IMG/VR virus record: IMGVR_UViG_3300031519_000002
Reading direction: 5' to 3' (one strand)
Origin: a virus
DNA length: 64,000 nucleotides
In this document: positions 47,708 through 58,325 of the stretch, piece after piece
Layout of the letters: each line of letters starts with the position of its first letter
Position numbering within the stretch: the first letter of the stretch is position 1
The notes under the pieces: model-generated
The model's database searches: none
Told to the model about the DNA's origin: nothing
The model's input: only the letters and a program-made list of their open reading frames with translations
Position numbers and translations under genes: made by a program

Positions 47708-49546
47708 ATGGCATATCAGATTAATAAAACAAGCGGTGCATTACTAGTTAATCTCGCAGACGGACAGGTTGATGTAGCAAGTACTGACATTACATTAATT
47801 GGTAAAAACTATACAGGATTCGGCGAAGCAATAAATGAAAACTTTGTTTCAATGCTTGAAAACTTTGCAAATACATCAGCACCAACTACTCCATTAGCAG
47901 GACAAATTTGGTGGGATACTTCTTCATCAAGACTTAAAGTGTATACAGGAGCAAATTGGACAACAGGCGGCGGCCCCTTAGTAGGATCAACTCAACCACC
48001 TATGGTTGCAGGCGACCTTTGGATTAACAATGAACAGAACCAACTATACTTCTTTGACGGTACAGACTTGGGATTAGCAGGTCCTATCTACAATGCGTTC
48101 CAAGGCCAATCTGGTCCAGAAGTTATTACTGTTCTCGATAATACAGGAACAAGTAGAACTATTGTCAAGTATTGGGTCGGCGGAACATTTGTTGGATTAT
48201 GGAGCAAAATTGAATTTACTCCCCAAAGTATTGATACTATTCCAGGATACACAGGAACGGTTGTAAAAGGATTTAACGTTGTAGATGCAGACTTTGTCTT
48301 TGCTGGTACAGCAACAAGAACAACTGCGCTAGTTGATAGTAACAATGTATCAAGAACTGCGGCACAGTTCCTTGCTAGTGATTCAGACGATGCAACATCT
48401 GGTGCATTAACAGTTAGAAATAATAATGGCGTTACAGTAGGTCTTACAGACAACAATGTACTTAAAGTTGAAGCGTCGGGTGTAATAAGTGAAAACCAAG
48501 TATCAGGCGAAAACTACACTTTTAGAATGACTACTAGTACTGGTAAAGTAGATGCAATGACTATTGATTCAGCAAATAGTCGAATTGGTGTTTTTAATAC
48601 AGCACCTGCATATACCTTCGACGTTAACGGAAGTCTACGAGTTAGTGGCGATTTAATTATTGGTGGTGAACAATTAGTAGTTGACGTAGGCAAATTGTTA
48701 GTAAGAGATAAAAGTATTGAGCTTGCTAAAGGTGACGATAGTACATTGCTAGATGATGCAGGAGTTGACGAAGCAGGTATTATAGTAGCTTCGTCGGGTG
48801 GCAATAAATCTTGGTTATGGAGAAACAGCACAAGTGCATGGACTTCAAATCAAAGTATTAATATTGAAACCGGTTCATTAAAGTTTGGCGGAGTAGATAT
48901 TATTACTGGCTCAAATGCTAGTGGTATTACACAGTTAGGTGCGCTTACATCAGCTTCTATTGGTAATATTTCGTTTACTGGTGGAATTGGAATGTCAACA
49001 GGAGCAGTAGACGGTGATGGCAATGGATTAAACATTACTGCGGCCGGCAATATTAACCTTGTAACTGCAAGACAGATTAAAAACGTAACAGATCCAACAG
49101 CAAATCAAGACGTTGCAACTAAAGCATATGTTGATGCTAGTATTAATATAGAAGCACTTTCTATTGCATTAGATGTTACTGGAATAGGATCTGCTGGGAC
49201 TACACAACAACATACAAATATTGGAACTATTCTTGAAGATATTGCTCCGGCAGGAACAAAACAGAATGGATCAGAAGCTAGAGTGCATTGTACAACAACT
49301 ACAGGCGCTACAGCTACACTAACGGGATCGGCATTGGACACAGCGTTTAACGAAAGTACTGTACTTGTACAGCAAAAAGACAACGGCGGCGCAGATGACG
49401 GATCAGTAAGTGTTATACAAAGTGCTACATTTAACAATGCATCTGGTAACATTACATCGACTGTAACAAGGTCGTTAAAACTATTTAGAGTAGTAACAGG
49501 ATCATGGGCATATGTACAAGACATATCTCAGGGCACTCTGATATAA
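47708..49546 (+). CDS. tail fibre-like structural protein
   Basis: Shares the N-terminal module (LIGKNY.GFGE..NENF..LENFA...P..GQIWWD) with its neighbours; G/T/S-rich. Confidence 0.7.
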   Translation: MAYQINKTSGALLVNLADGQVDVASTDITLIGKNYTGFGEAINENFVSMLENFANTSAPTTPLAGQIWWDTSSSRLKVYTGANWTTGGGPLVGSTQPPMVAGDLWINNEQNQLYFFDGTDLGLAGPIYNAFQGQSGPEVITVLDNTGTSRTIVKYWVGGTFVGLWSKIEFTPQSIDTIPGYTGTVVKGFNVVDADFVFAGTATRTTALVDSNNVSRTAAQFLASDSDDATSGALTVRNNNGVTVGLTDNNVLKVEASGVISENQVSGENYTFRMTTSTGKVDAMTIDSANSRIGVFNTAPAYTFDVNGSLRVSGDLIIGGEQLVVDVGKLLVRDKSIELAKGDDSTLLDDAGVDEAGIIVASSGGNKSWLWRNSTSAWTSNQSINIETGSLKFGGVDIITGSNASGITQLGALTSASIGNISFTGGIGMSTGAVDGDGNGLNITAAGNINLVTARQIKNVTDPTANQDVATKAYVDASINIEALSIALDVTGIGSAGTTQQHTNIGTILEDIAPAGTKQNGSEARVHCTTTTGATATLTGSALDTAFNESTVLVQQKDNGGADDGSVSVIQSATFNNASGNITSTVTRSLKLFRVVTGSWAYVQDISQGTLI

Positions 49547-49549
49547 ATA
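49542..49549 (+). promoter_or_regulatory. late promoter, full T4 consensus TATAAATA, overlapping stop codon
   Basis: Exact TATAAATA containing the TAA at 49544-46. Confidence 0.7.
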
Positions 49550-49577
49550 CATATAACACAATTAGGGGTTTAAAAGA

Positions 49578-51065
49578 ATGGCATACGTAATAAATTTAAC
49601 AAATGGTACACAGTTAGCTACTGTTGAAGACGGAACCATTGACCAGAGTACTTCATTAAAGCTAGTAGGTAAAAACTACGCTGGTTACGGTGAAATCCAA
49701 AACGAAAACTTTGTTCATTTGCTAGAGAATTTTTCCAGTGCAAATCAACCAGCAGGTCCGTTATCTGGTCAAATTTGGTTTGATAGTTCATTAAGAAAAC
49801 TAAAGTTTTATGATGGAACTAAGTTTAGAACAACAGGCGGAGCAGAAATTGCATCAGCGCAACCGGTAGGATTAACTACAGGTGATTTTTGGTGGGATAC
49901 TGATAATAACCAATTGTATGCACAAAATGCTGATGGTGGATTTGTCCTAATTGGTCCACAGAGTATTGGCGATACAGTTAGTGCAATGGTTACTGCTCAA
50001 GTACGTGACGATACACAGGTTAATAGAACCATTATTAAAAGCACAGTAGATGACGGAGTACAATTTATTGTTAGTGCTTCAGAATTTACAATTGATACTA
50101 CTGACCCTACAAATACCATTACGGGATTCGACAAAATACGCCAGGGTGTAACACTAAGAAATACAACAAATAATTCAGAAGCACAAGGCGTAACTACAAG
50201 TGCTCATAGATTCTGGGGTACAGCAACAAATTCTGATAAGCTAGGCGGAGTTGCGGCATCAGGCTATGCATTAGCCGGAGCGGCAAACTTTAGTAGTGTA
50301 GTTAGATTTGCAGACGCAGGATTTACAGTAGGTGCGGCAAACGACTTAGCAGTTTTCATTGATACGAGTGGTGCCGGAAACGAAGGTGTTATTGATAACA
50401 CAGTTGGTCAAAAAATTAGATTTAAAGTTAAATCATCAGGCGGTGTTACAACCGAACCAATGCATATAAGTTCAGATGGATTAATACCGACTGCAACAGC
50501 AACATATGATATGGGTACAAGCGCATACAAATGGCGCAACATGTATGCTACTGCGTTTAACGGATTAGCAACTCAAGCGATTGCACTACAAGTTGGCGCA
50601 AACTATAGAACTGGTGATGTGAATTCAACAAACAATACAGTAGCAGTGCGTGATGCAAGTGGAAATCTTGCCGCAAACGTATTTAACGGTGTGTCAACAA
50701 GCGCACGTTATGCTGACCTTGCAGAAAAATATACAACAGCAGAAGAACTGCCAGCAGGAACGGCAGTAGCAGTACGTTTTGACGATGTTGCAGAAGTAGG
50801 ACCAGCAAGTGCGTCAAGCATGGCGATTGGTGTTGTTTCAACTGATCCTGCTTATATGATGAACAGCGAAGCAGATGGACAGTACATTGGAATTAAAGGA
50901 CGTCTTCCAGTAAGAGTTAAAGGACCTGTAAATAAAGGCCAGGCAATTTATGCATGGGAAGATGGTGTTTGCTCGACTATAGCAACAACTGCACTAATTG
51001 GTATGGCACTAGAGTCAAATACAGATGACTCAGAAAAGTTAGTAGAGTGCGTACTTAAAGTATAA
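49578..51065 (+). CDS. tail fibre/spike-like protein with C-terminal peptidase G2-like intramolecular chaperone domain
   Basis: Shared N-terminal module; C-terminal SARYADLAEKY...IGVVSTDPAY...GRLPVRVKG...IGMALE. Confidence 0.65.
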   Translation: MAYVINLTNGTQLATVEDGTIDQSTSLKLVGKNYAGYGEIQNENFVHLLENFSSANQPAGPLSGQIWFDSSLRKLKFYDGTKFRTTGGAEIASAQPVGLTTGDFWWDTDNNQLYAQNADGGFVLIGPQSIGDTVSAMVTAQVRDDTQVNRTIIKSTVDDGVQFIVSASEFTIDTTDPTNTITGFDKIRQGVTLRNTTNNSEAQGVTTSAHRFWGTATNSDKLGGVAASGYALAGAANFSSVVRFADAGFTVGAANDLAVFIDTSGAGNEGVIDNTVGQKIRFKVKSSGGVTTEPMHISSDGLIPTATATYDMGTSAYKWRNMYATAFNGLATQAIALQVGANYRTGDVNSTNNTVAVRDASGNLAANVFNGVSTSARYADLAEKYTTAEELPAGTAVAVRFDDVAEVGPASASSMAIGVVSTDPAYMMNSEADGQYIGIKGRLPVRVKGPVNKGQAIYAWEDGVCSTIATTALIGMALESNTDDSEKLVECVLKV

Positions 51066-51068
51066 GTA
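51061..51068 (+). promoter_or_regulatory. late promoter variant TATAAGTA overlapping stop codon
   Basis: One mismatch from TATAAATA; upstream of the AAGGA RBS of the 51095 gene. Confidence 0.5.
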
Positions 51069-51094
51069 TTAGAGAGTACTAAAAAGGAACAATT

Positions 51095-52009
51095 ATGGCA
51101 GTAGGCGACACAATCACCGCGGCGCGGTATAACACAATTCAAGCAAGACTATCAGCAGTAATCGGCGTAGGTGCCGGGGACGAAGGCTACGGTCAAGCAA
51201 GGGCAAGTAGCACAGTAGCAGTTGGTGCAACTGTAACAGCACAGCACATGACAAACTTGTTTACTGATATGACAAAACTTCGATTGCATCAAACAGGTGC
51301 AGTACCGAGTGAAATTGTTGCTCCTACAGCAGGAGGCACTATTGAAGATAGTAATAGCGTTTCAAAAAAAGGTTATGCACAATATGAAGGATTAAGTATT
51401 ACATGTCAAAGTGCAAGATTATCTGCGGCCGCAAGTCAGCTAGGCTTACAGTCTGGTACAAGTAGCACAAGAACTGCCAGTTGGTCAACCGATATTAATC
51501 ATATTTTTACAGTTTCTTTTGGTGGCTATTCAGTTACTAACGGTGACGGCACAACAACTACCGTAAGTGCCGCAGAACATATGCGTGTGTTCTTTAACGC
51601 CGGCGGAACAATCAACCTTAGTGGTACAATTGGTTCTGGAAACACTACAATTAACAATGACTGGCGTAACTTAATGACATCAGTTGGTACAGTACAGTTT
51701 GGAAGAGCAACTACAAGTAACGGTTCGGTGGGAACTAACTACGGCTATTCAAACTTGCCAGCTAGTTACACAACTGTTTTTAACAAAACAGCAAGTGCAT
51801 ACAGTGCAAACGATTATTTAATTGAAGCACTTAAAGGTACAAGTAGTTTGACATTTAGAGTTACGTTTAACGAAGATAAGGGTGCAAATCCAAACTTCGA
51901 CGAAGCTGTTACAGCTACTACTTCTAGCACAGCACAAATGAATAGACCTAATAACTCAAACAGCGTTAACATCACAGCGCCAACTTTCGCTACATCCGAT
52001 AACCTTTAA
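51095..52009 (+). CDS. putative virion structural protein
   Basis: 304 aa, S/T/G/A-rich with RVFFNAGGTI; last gene of the fibre block. Confidence 0.6.
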   Translation: MAVGDTITAARYNTIQARLSAVIGVGAGDEGYGQARASSTVAVGATVTAQHMTNLFTDMTKLRLHQTGAVPSEIVAPTAGGTIEDSNSVSKKGYAQYEGLSITCQSARLSAAASQLGLQSGTSSTRTASWSTDINHIFTVSFGGYSVTNGDGTTTTVSAAEHMRVFFNAGGTINLSGTIGSGNTTINNDWRNLMTSVGTVQFGRATTSNGSVGTNYGYSNLPASYTTVFNKTASAYSANDYLIEALKGTSSLTFRVTFNEDKGANPNFDEAVTATTSSTAQMNRPNNSNSVNITAPTFATSDNL

Positions 52010-52012
52010 GGT

Positions 52013-52018
52013 TAAATA
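52013..52018 (+). promoter_or_regulatory. late promoter at the head of the enzyme cluster
   Basis: GTTAAATAGT upstream of AGGAG and ATG 52048. Confidence 0.5.
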
Positions 52019-52047
52019 GTTATACACTATAAACTAGGAGTATAACT

Positions 52048-52398
52048 ATGGACGAGGCACTAGGAAAAGCGTTAGAGTTCTCTAATTTTGCAGTAACACT
52101 TAACACACAAAAACGTATACTTCATGAAAAGTACACTTCGCAATTAATTGTGTATAGCAATGGCGGAAGATTTACTGTAACAAAAGAATTAATAAACTTC
52201 TGTCATTTACTAAACTCCAAAGACATCCAACAAACTGTATTAATTGACGACAATCATACTCCGTTTGAAATTTTAAATGTCCAAGAGTTTTTAGATTTAG
52301 CATTACAGTGTTATGCAAAAGCATCTAACACATATCTAACAGCATACAAGTCGTTAATTAAAAATAGAAGTAGCGTTGAAGGCTTTGTTAATGACTAA
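52048..52398 (+). CDS. hypothetical protein
   Basis: 116-aa ORF with AGGAG RBS; first gene of the overlapping cluster. Confidence 0.7.
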   Translation: MDEALGKALEFSNFAVTLNTQKRILHEKYTSQLIVYSNGGRFTVTKELINFCHLLNSKDIQQTVLIDDNHTPFEILNVQEFLDLALQCYAKASNTYLTAYKSLIKNRSSVEGFVND

Positions 52399-53212
52399 TG
52401 GCGTATTGTGTTTTGCAAATAATAATGGCATAATTGATTATATAAAGCAAGCAACATTCCTTGCTAACAGAGTCAGACTACATTTAGACTTGCCTACTAC
52501 TCTAGTTACTTCTAGCCATAAAAGTATTCCAGATAACCATCCGTTTGATAATGTAATTATAGTAGCAGATGATTCAAGTAATTCTAAACGATACAGTGAC
52601 GGTTCACTGACCCATAAAAAATTATATTTTAAGAATTCTGGTAGAGCTAATAGCTACGACCTAACCCCGTATGACCAAACACTTGTTCTTGACACCGACT
52701 ATGTAATATGTAATGATGATTTTAAACATGCATTTGATACAGAACATTTTCAAATATACAAAGATGGAGTTGATTTATCTAGTTGGCGTTACCATAGTGA
52801 ATTTGATTATATCAACGACACTGGCATACCGTTCTATTGGGCAACGTGCTTTTGTTTTAAAAAAAATGACGAAACACAAATGTTTTTTAAATTGCTCCAG
52901 CATATTGTAGAGTATTGGAATCATTATAAGAACGTATATGATTTAGGTGCTCGCAACTTTAGGAACGATCATGCATTTAGTATTGCTATTCACATGATGA
53001 ACGGTTTTGAAGATAGTAATTGGGCTAAAATATTACCAGGTAAGATGTTCTATACATTAGACAAAGACATACTACGGTCAATTAATGATAATAAACTATC
53101 ATTTTTATTAGAGAAACAGCATTATGTTGGTGAATATACACTAGCATCAACTAAAGATATAAATGTACATGTAATGAATAAATTTAGCTTGGGACGAATT
53201 ATAAATGTCTAA
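52391..53212 (+). CDS. GT-A fold glycosyltransferase (GT8-like)
   Basis: FDNVII, LTPYDQTLVLDTDYVI (DxD) and FRNDHAFSIA; likely start MTNGVL at 52391. Confidence 0.7.
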   Translation: MTNGVLCFANNNGIIDYIKQATFLANRVRLHLDLPTTLVTSSHKSIPDNHPFDNVIIVADDSSNSKRYSDGSLTHKKLYFKNSGRANSYDLTPYDQTLVLDTDYVICNDDFKHAFDTEHFQIYKDGVDLSSWRYHSEFDYINDTGIPFYWATCFCFKKNDETQMFFKLLQHIVEYWNHYKNVYDLGARNFRNDHAFSIAIHMMNGFEDSNWAKILPGKMFYTLDKDILRSINDNKLSFLLEKQHYVGEYTLASTKDINVHVMNKFSLGRIINV

Positions 53213-53999
53213 AGGATATATAATGACAGCAATGGGCGACAACTATGTTCAGCAAGCATATTTGTGTGCCAAGAGTATTAAAGCTACTCAAACAATTAAT
53301 AACGTGTCGTTGGTAACTAGTGATACTGTTCCTAATGAATATAAGAGTGTGTTTGATAACATTATTCAAGTTCCGTGGCATGATGACGCTTCTTCGTTTT
53401 ACTTAACAGAACATAGATGGAAAATGTTCCATCTATCTCCATACGATGAAACAGTAGTACTTGATACTGATATGATATTCCTTACAGACGTAAGTCATTG
53501 GTGGAAAGAATTAGCTCTGCATGATATAGCGTTCCCTACTAACTCACGCACATATAGAAATACTATAGTAACTAGTGATTATTACAGAAAAACATTTACA
53601 GCAAATCAGTTACCTAATGTATATTGTGCATTTCATTATTTTAAAAAGAACGATATTGCTTTAGCTTATTATAGAATATTAGAAAACGTGTGTATTAATT
53701 ATGAAGATTATTATAAAAAATATGTTACTAAAAAATCACCACCTGTAAGTAGTATGGATGTGAACCATGCAATAGCAGTATGCCTTAGTAACATAGAAAA
53801 CTACGAACATACTTTATGCAACTTTGTTCATATGAAAAGTGCAGTACAGGGCTGGCAGAATGGAAGCCTTAATTGGATGGACACTATTCCGTTTTATTTT
53901 ACAGCCAAACACGAACTAAAGATTGGCAATTTTTTACAACATGGAGTTTTCCATTACACAGAACACGAGTTTTGTAAAAAAGTAATGGAGAAATATTAA
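53205..53999 (+). CDS. GT-A fold glycosyltransferase (GT8-like), paralog of the preceding gene
   Basis: VFDNII, LSPYDETVVLDTDMIF (DxD) and FVHMK. Confidence 0.72.
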   Translation: MSKGYIMTAMGDNYVQQAYLCAKSIKATQTINNVSLVTSDTVPNEYKSVFDNIIQVPWHDDASSFYLTEHRWKMFHLSPYDETVVLDTDMIFLTDVSHWWKELALHDIAFPTNSRTYRNTIVTSDYYRKTFTANQLPNVYCAFHYFKKNDIALAYYRILENVCINYEDYYKKYVTKKSPPVSSMDVNHAIAVCLSNIENYEHTLCNFVHMKSAVQGWQNGSLNWMDTIPFYFTAKHELKIGNFLQHGVFHYTEHEFCKKVMEKY

Positions 54000-54535
54000 T
54001 GGATTATGTAACTATACACACTCCGCAATATGTGTGCTTTACACAAGACACTGGTGAGATATTTAGTATTGGCCCTAGCATTGAAGAAGGGTACCAGTAT
54101 ATGGAAGTTACTGAAGAACAAATTGCCCCAATAAAATCATTAAAAGAAAAAATGACTGATTATGCAGTAATGTACAATATGACAGAGAAGCAGTTTTTGC
54201 TTAAAAAAATAGTCATTGGTGAAAATAGTTTATCCTTTAAGCAAGTGGACAAATATAAAAATCAATCATATGATGTTATATTAATGATTGACAAGGCTAA
54301 TAAAATCTGTTATACTAGTACAAACACCAAACTAACAGACGCAATGAAAGCACATAATGTAGATTTAGAAAAGGAAGTGATGTTTAGTATTACTAACAAA
54401 GACGACCCGCATTTTCTATACAGCATTATGACTTTTACTGTAGGTGACGACACACCGCAACCGTTTTGTATTAACGATGAGTATAGTGTGTACACTACAA
54501 ATGAAATGACAACATGTGTGTATAAGGAAGTATAA
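53999..54535 (+). CDS. hypothetical protein
   Basis: 178-aa ORF coupled by TAATG overlaps on both sides. Confidence 0.7.
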   Translation: MDYVTIHTPQYVCFTQDTGEIFSIGPSIEEGYQYMEVTEEQIAPIKSLKEKMTDYAVMYNMTEKQFLLKKIVIGENSLSFKQVDKYKNQSYDVILMIDKANKICYTSTNTKLTDAMKAHNVDLEKEVMFSITNKDDPHFLYSIMTFTVGDDTPQPFCINDEYSVYTTNEMTTCVYKEV

Positions 54536-55458
54536 TGAAATTAAGAATTGCAGAACAAGATATTATCTATCTAAGTTATGACGAGCCTAATGCAGAAGAA
54601 AATTATGCAGATTTGCTAACTAAGGCTCCTTGGGCAAAACGTATACACGGTGTTAAAGGTAGTGATGCCGCACACAAAGCATGTGCAGAACTAAGTGAGA
54701 CAGATAGATTTATTACAGTAGACGGTGATAATAAAATTCGTTCTGACTTTATTAATCAAGTTCTAGACTTTGACGAACACGCCGACTTAGAAAACACTGT
54801 AATTAGTTGGTGCGGTCAAAACAAAGTTAATGGATTAATGTACGGCAACGGCGGATTAAAATGTTGGCCCAAAGAGTATGTTCTAAACATGCGCACACAC
54901 GAGAACGCTGAACCAGATAATGTACATGCACAAGTTGACTTTTGTTGGGACATGCAATATATTCAACAGAACAGTTGCTTTAGTGATGTATATAATAATG
55001 CAACACCACAACAAGCATGGCGGGCAGGTTTTAGAGAAGGTGTTAAACTTGCACTTGATAGAGGAGCCAAGCCAACTAAAGAAGACTTTTTAAACGGCCA
55101 CGAAAAGAACCTTAACATGCTTTACATTTGGTTAATGGTTGGTGCAGACGCAGAAAATGGTGACTGGGCAATTTACGGTGCCCGAGAAGGTTTGCAGATG
55201 ACAATGTGTACTGATTGGGATTATGTACAAGTGCGTGACTTTGAATACTTAGATCAACTATGGGGCGGCAGAGATGACTTGCCTGGCGATATATTACACA
55301 GTGAAATATTTAATCTTGGATCAGAACTAATCAGTTCACTAGATATTCCAATAGCAGTACAACCTTTTAATTCAGAACAAAGTGAATTTTTTAGAACAGT
55401 AAATCAAAATTTTGGTAGGGCTATATCAAACAACATACTTGATAAGGAAAGTAAATGA
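54535..55458 (+). CDS. putative GT-A-like glycosyltransferase
   Basis: DIIYLSYDEPNA, FITVDGD (DxD), YGNGGLK and AWRAGFREGVKL. Confidence 0.55.
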   Translation: MKLRIAEQDIIYLSYDEPNAEENYADLLTKAPWAKRIHGVKGSDAAHKACAELSETDRFITVDGDNKIRSDFINQVLDFDEHADLENTVISWCGQNKVNGLMYGNGGLKCWPKEYVLNMRTHENAEPDNVHAQVDFCWDMQYIQQNSCFSDVYNNATPQQAWRAGFREGVKLALDRGAKPTKEDFLNGHEKNLNMLYIWLMVGADAENGDWAIYGAREGLQMTMCTDWDYVQVRDFEYLDQLWGGRDDLPGDILHSEIFNLGSELISSLDIPIAVQPFNSEQSEFFRTVNQNFGRAISNNILDKESK

Positions 55459-56804
55459 AAATAGAGCTACATGAAGTAAAAGAAAAGCTCGATAATGTCG
55501 GCTGTGGGTTTTGCCTAGCTAAGTGGACACAAGTAACAATTCACTTAGGCGCTGGACTTACACACAGTTGTCATCATGTTAAAGCACACCCAATTGATCT
55601 AAACGAGCTTGCAGAAAATCCAGGTGCATTGCATAATACCGGATTTAAAAAGAATGTAAGAAAACAGATGCTTAACAATGAGCGTCCAAACGAATGTGAT
55701 TATTGCTGGCGTATTGAAGATAATACAGACGAATATAGTGATAGGGTTTTTAAAAGTAACGATCCGTACAGTTGGCCTGATTTTGATACTATATCTAAAA
55801 TGACTGGTGATGAAAATTTTTATCCACGTTATGTTGAAGTTAGTTTTAGTAATGTCTGTAATTTTAAGTGTGGTTATTGTGGTCCTGCATTTAGTAGTAA
55901 ATGGACTGACGAAATTAAAGAACATGGTCCTTACACGTTCAAAGATGTTAATTGGAGATATAATCAACTAGACGAATATCAAAAACAAATACCACAACGA
56001 GAAGCTAATCCATATATTGACGCATTTTGGAAATGGTTTCCAGAAGCAGTAACACATATGCATACGTTTCGTATTACAGGTGGCGAACCTTTGATGAGCA
56101 AACATACTAATAGAGTGATAGAATACTTAATTCAAAATCCTCAGCCTAATTTAGAATTTGCAATAAACACAAATGCATGTCCTCCAAAAGAAACACAATG
56201 GAAAGATTTTGTAGATAAAATTAAAATTTTAGAAGATAATAACTGTATTAAAAGATTTGTATTGTTTGTAAGTGCCGAAGGCAAAGGAGCTCAACAAGAA
56301 TATAATAGATATGGTATGGATTGGACAATGTTTACAGATAACGTTAAGTATTATTTAAAACAAACAACAGGCAGATGTGTGTTTATGAGTGCATTTAACG
56401 TGTTAAGTATTCCTACATTTTTACCTTTTCTTAAATATGTTGCTAGACTTAAAGGCGGATATGAAAATGAGATTGTAGTAGATATACCTTATGTAAGAAG
56501 TCCGGGATTCTTAGATGCTAAAATTGCTTCAGATGAATTAATTAAAGAATACCTACATCCGTGTATTCCTTACATGGAAGAAAAAAACTTTAATAATAGA
56601 GAAAAAGCTCAAATGAAGCGTATTGTAAAAGACTTAGATCTAAGACATGCTAATTCAGATAATTGGAAACAAGAGGCTATCGAAGGTCGAAGAATGTTTT
56701 ATGAATGGATACAACAATACGATAAACGACGAGATCTTAATTTTTTAGAAGTATTCCCTCAAATGGAAGATTTTTACGAGGAATGCAAAAAGTGTATGAT
56801 ATAG
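55455..56804 (+). CDS. radical SAM protein with N-terminal twitch/SPASM-like Cys cluster
   Basis: CNFKCGYC and ITGGEPL, preceded by FCLAKW..SCHH..ECDYCW. Confidence 0.88.
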   Translation: MKIELHEVKEKLDNVGCGFCLAKWTQVTIHLGAGLTHSCHHVKAHPIDLNELAENPGALHNTGFKKNVRKQMLNNERPNECDYCWRIEDNTDEYSDRVFKSNDPYSWPDFDTISKMTGDENFYPRYVEVSFSNVCNFKCGYCGPAFSSKWTDEIKEHGPYTFKDVNWRYNQLDEYQKQIPQREANPYIDAFWKWFPEAVTHMHTFRITGGEPLMSKHTNRVIEYLIQNPQPNLEFAINTNACPPKETQWKDFVDKIKILEDNNCIKRFVLFVSAEGKGAQQEYNRYGMDWTMFTDNVKYYLKQTTGRCVFMSAFNVLSIPTFLPFLKYVARLKGGYENEIVVDIPYVRSPGFLDAKIASDELIKEYLHPCIPYMEEKNFNNREKAQMKRIVKDLDLRHANSDNWKQEAIEGRRMFYEWIQQYDKRRDLNFLEVFPQMEDFYEECKKCMI

Positions 56805-57472
56805 TCTTTATAAGTTACTTTGAGCCAAATGCGGAACAAAATTTTGACGATTTGTACAATAGATTTAATACTGTTGGAGTATTTGGTGACAGAGTAAAGC
56901 GTATCACTAATGTCAAAGGTATTCACAATGCGCACATTGCGGCCGCTACACTAGCAACTACTAACTATTTTTATGTAGTAGACGGTGACGCAAAGGTCGC
57001 ACAGGGCTTCAAATTTGCTCATACAACAGAGGAAGAAGATATAGTACACGTTTGGCACGGTTGTAATCCTATTAACGATTTAAGCTATGGATACGGCGGT
57101 GTAAAACTATTACCAACTACACTAACACGCAACATGACCACTACTACTAATGATATGACTACAAGTATTAGTAGTAAGTTTAACGTAATAAACACAGTTA
57201 GTAATATTACTGCATTTAATACAGATCCTTTTAGTACATGGCGTAGTGCTTTTAGAGAATGTGTTAAACTTGCAAGTAAAACTATTAAAGGACAAGTAGA
57301 TGATGAAACAAATGAAAGACTTAGAATTTGGACAACAGTGGGAAAAGACAAACCATTCGGCGAATACTGTATTAAAGGTGCTATTGCCGGCATGGAGTTT
57401 GGTTTATCTAATGGCGCTGATCTTAACCTCATAAACAACTTTGATTGGCTACAGGAACAATTTAATGATTAA
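56783..57472 (+). CDS. putative GT-A-like glycosyltransferase, paralog of the 54535 gene
   Basis: YDIVFISYFEPNA, FYVVDGD, YGYGGVKL and WRSAFRECVKL; the start may be GTG 56792. Confidence 0.55.
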   Translation: MQKVYDIVFISYFEPNAEQNFDDLYNRFNTVGVFGDRVKRITNVKGIHNAHIAAATLATTNYFYVVDGDAKVAQGFKFAHTTEEEDIVHVWHGCNPINDLSYGYGGVKLLPTTLTRNMTTTTNDMTTSISSKFNVINTVSNITAFNTDPFSTWRSAFRECVKLASKTIKGQVDDETNERLRIWTTVGKDKPFGEYCIKGAIAGMEFGLSNGADLNLINNFDWLQEQFND

Positions 57473-58325
57473 TATTGTAGTTACAAGTAAGCCAGTAGAC
57501 GGGTTACTATATTACAGTTACGAATACTGTGATATGCTAAACAATGCCGGTTACCCTGCACAAGTTGTTATTATCTGTCACAGAAAATATAATCAGCTCG
57601 ATTATTGGAATTCTATCTCAAGCAAATACATTCATTGTAAGCGTGTATTTATAGATACGTATGTACCAGCTGACGATGATGTTACGCTTATTATGGGCAG
57701 AAGTATGATGACACTAAGCTGGCAAAGTTTTAATGATTATACCCTAGTGCAACAGCTATCCTTACAGAGATTATTTAGCGGTAACGTTATAAGTGTGTAT
57801 TCAGAAAATCATGTTGAAGGATATCCTAAAGCAGTTGACTTTTATAAACCAAAACAAATAGTAGACCTGTGTGACACTGACGTATACCCTAATGGCGTAG
57901 GCGCACACTTTGAAAAAACTATAAACTTTAGTATATACAAGCCACACACAGATAATATACAATTTAAACATTTGTTCTTAGGCACAAATCCAGAATACTA
58001 TGCTAGTGTTGAAAGAGTAATTGATGATTATCCTGATCACGGGATCTTGACATATGACGAAAAGTATGCTAATATAAAGAATAACAATATATTTGTACCT
58101 GTAGAAAATCTAATGAGTTTGTTCGAAACTTATGTTTACACAAAAGAAACATTTGACCCTGCACCTCGTATATTTCAAGAGTGCAGGTACTATGGTAAAA
58201 CTGTAATTTATCGCAGAGACAAAACACTACAAGATGGAGGCAGTGTATACTGGAGGCGCGATATTAAACAACCTAATATACAGCCGATTGTAACTGCTAT
58301 GGAGGAAATTAATGCCAGCATATGA
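57465..58325 (+). CDS. hypothetical protein
   Basis: Likely start MINIVV at 57465 (CAGGA RBS); PRIFQECRYYGK is weakly reminiscent of GT-B C-termini. Confidence 0.65.
   Translation: MINIVVTSKPVDGLLYYSYEYCDMLNNAGYPAQVVIICHRKYNQLDYWNSISSKYIHCKRVFIDTYVPADDDVTLIMGRSMMTLSWQSFNDYTLVQQLSLQRLFSGNVISVYSENHVEGYPKAVDFYKPKQIVDLCDTDVYPNGVGAHFEKTINFSIYKPHTDNIQFKHLFLGTNPEYYASVERVIDDYPDHGILTYDEKYANIKNNNIFVPVENLMSLFETYVYTKETFDPAPRIFQECRYYGKTVIYRRDKTLQDGGSVYWRRDIKQPNIQPIVTAMEEINASI

Noticed and set aside
45623-52009. Diversity-generating retroelement or invertible cassette acting on fibre genes
   Set aside because: No reverse transcriptase, recombinase or near-identical template/variable repeat pair was seen; similarity among the fibres is at protein level only.
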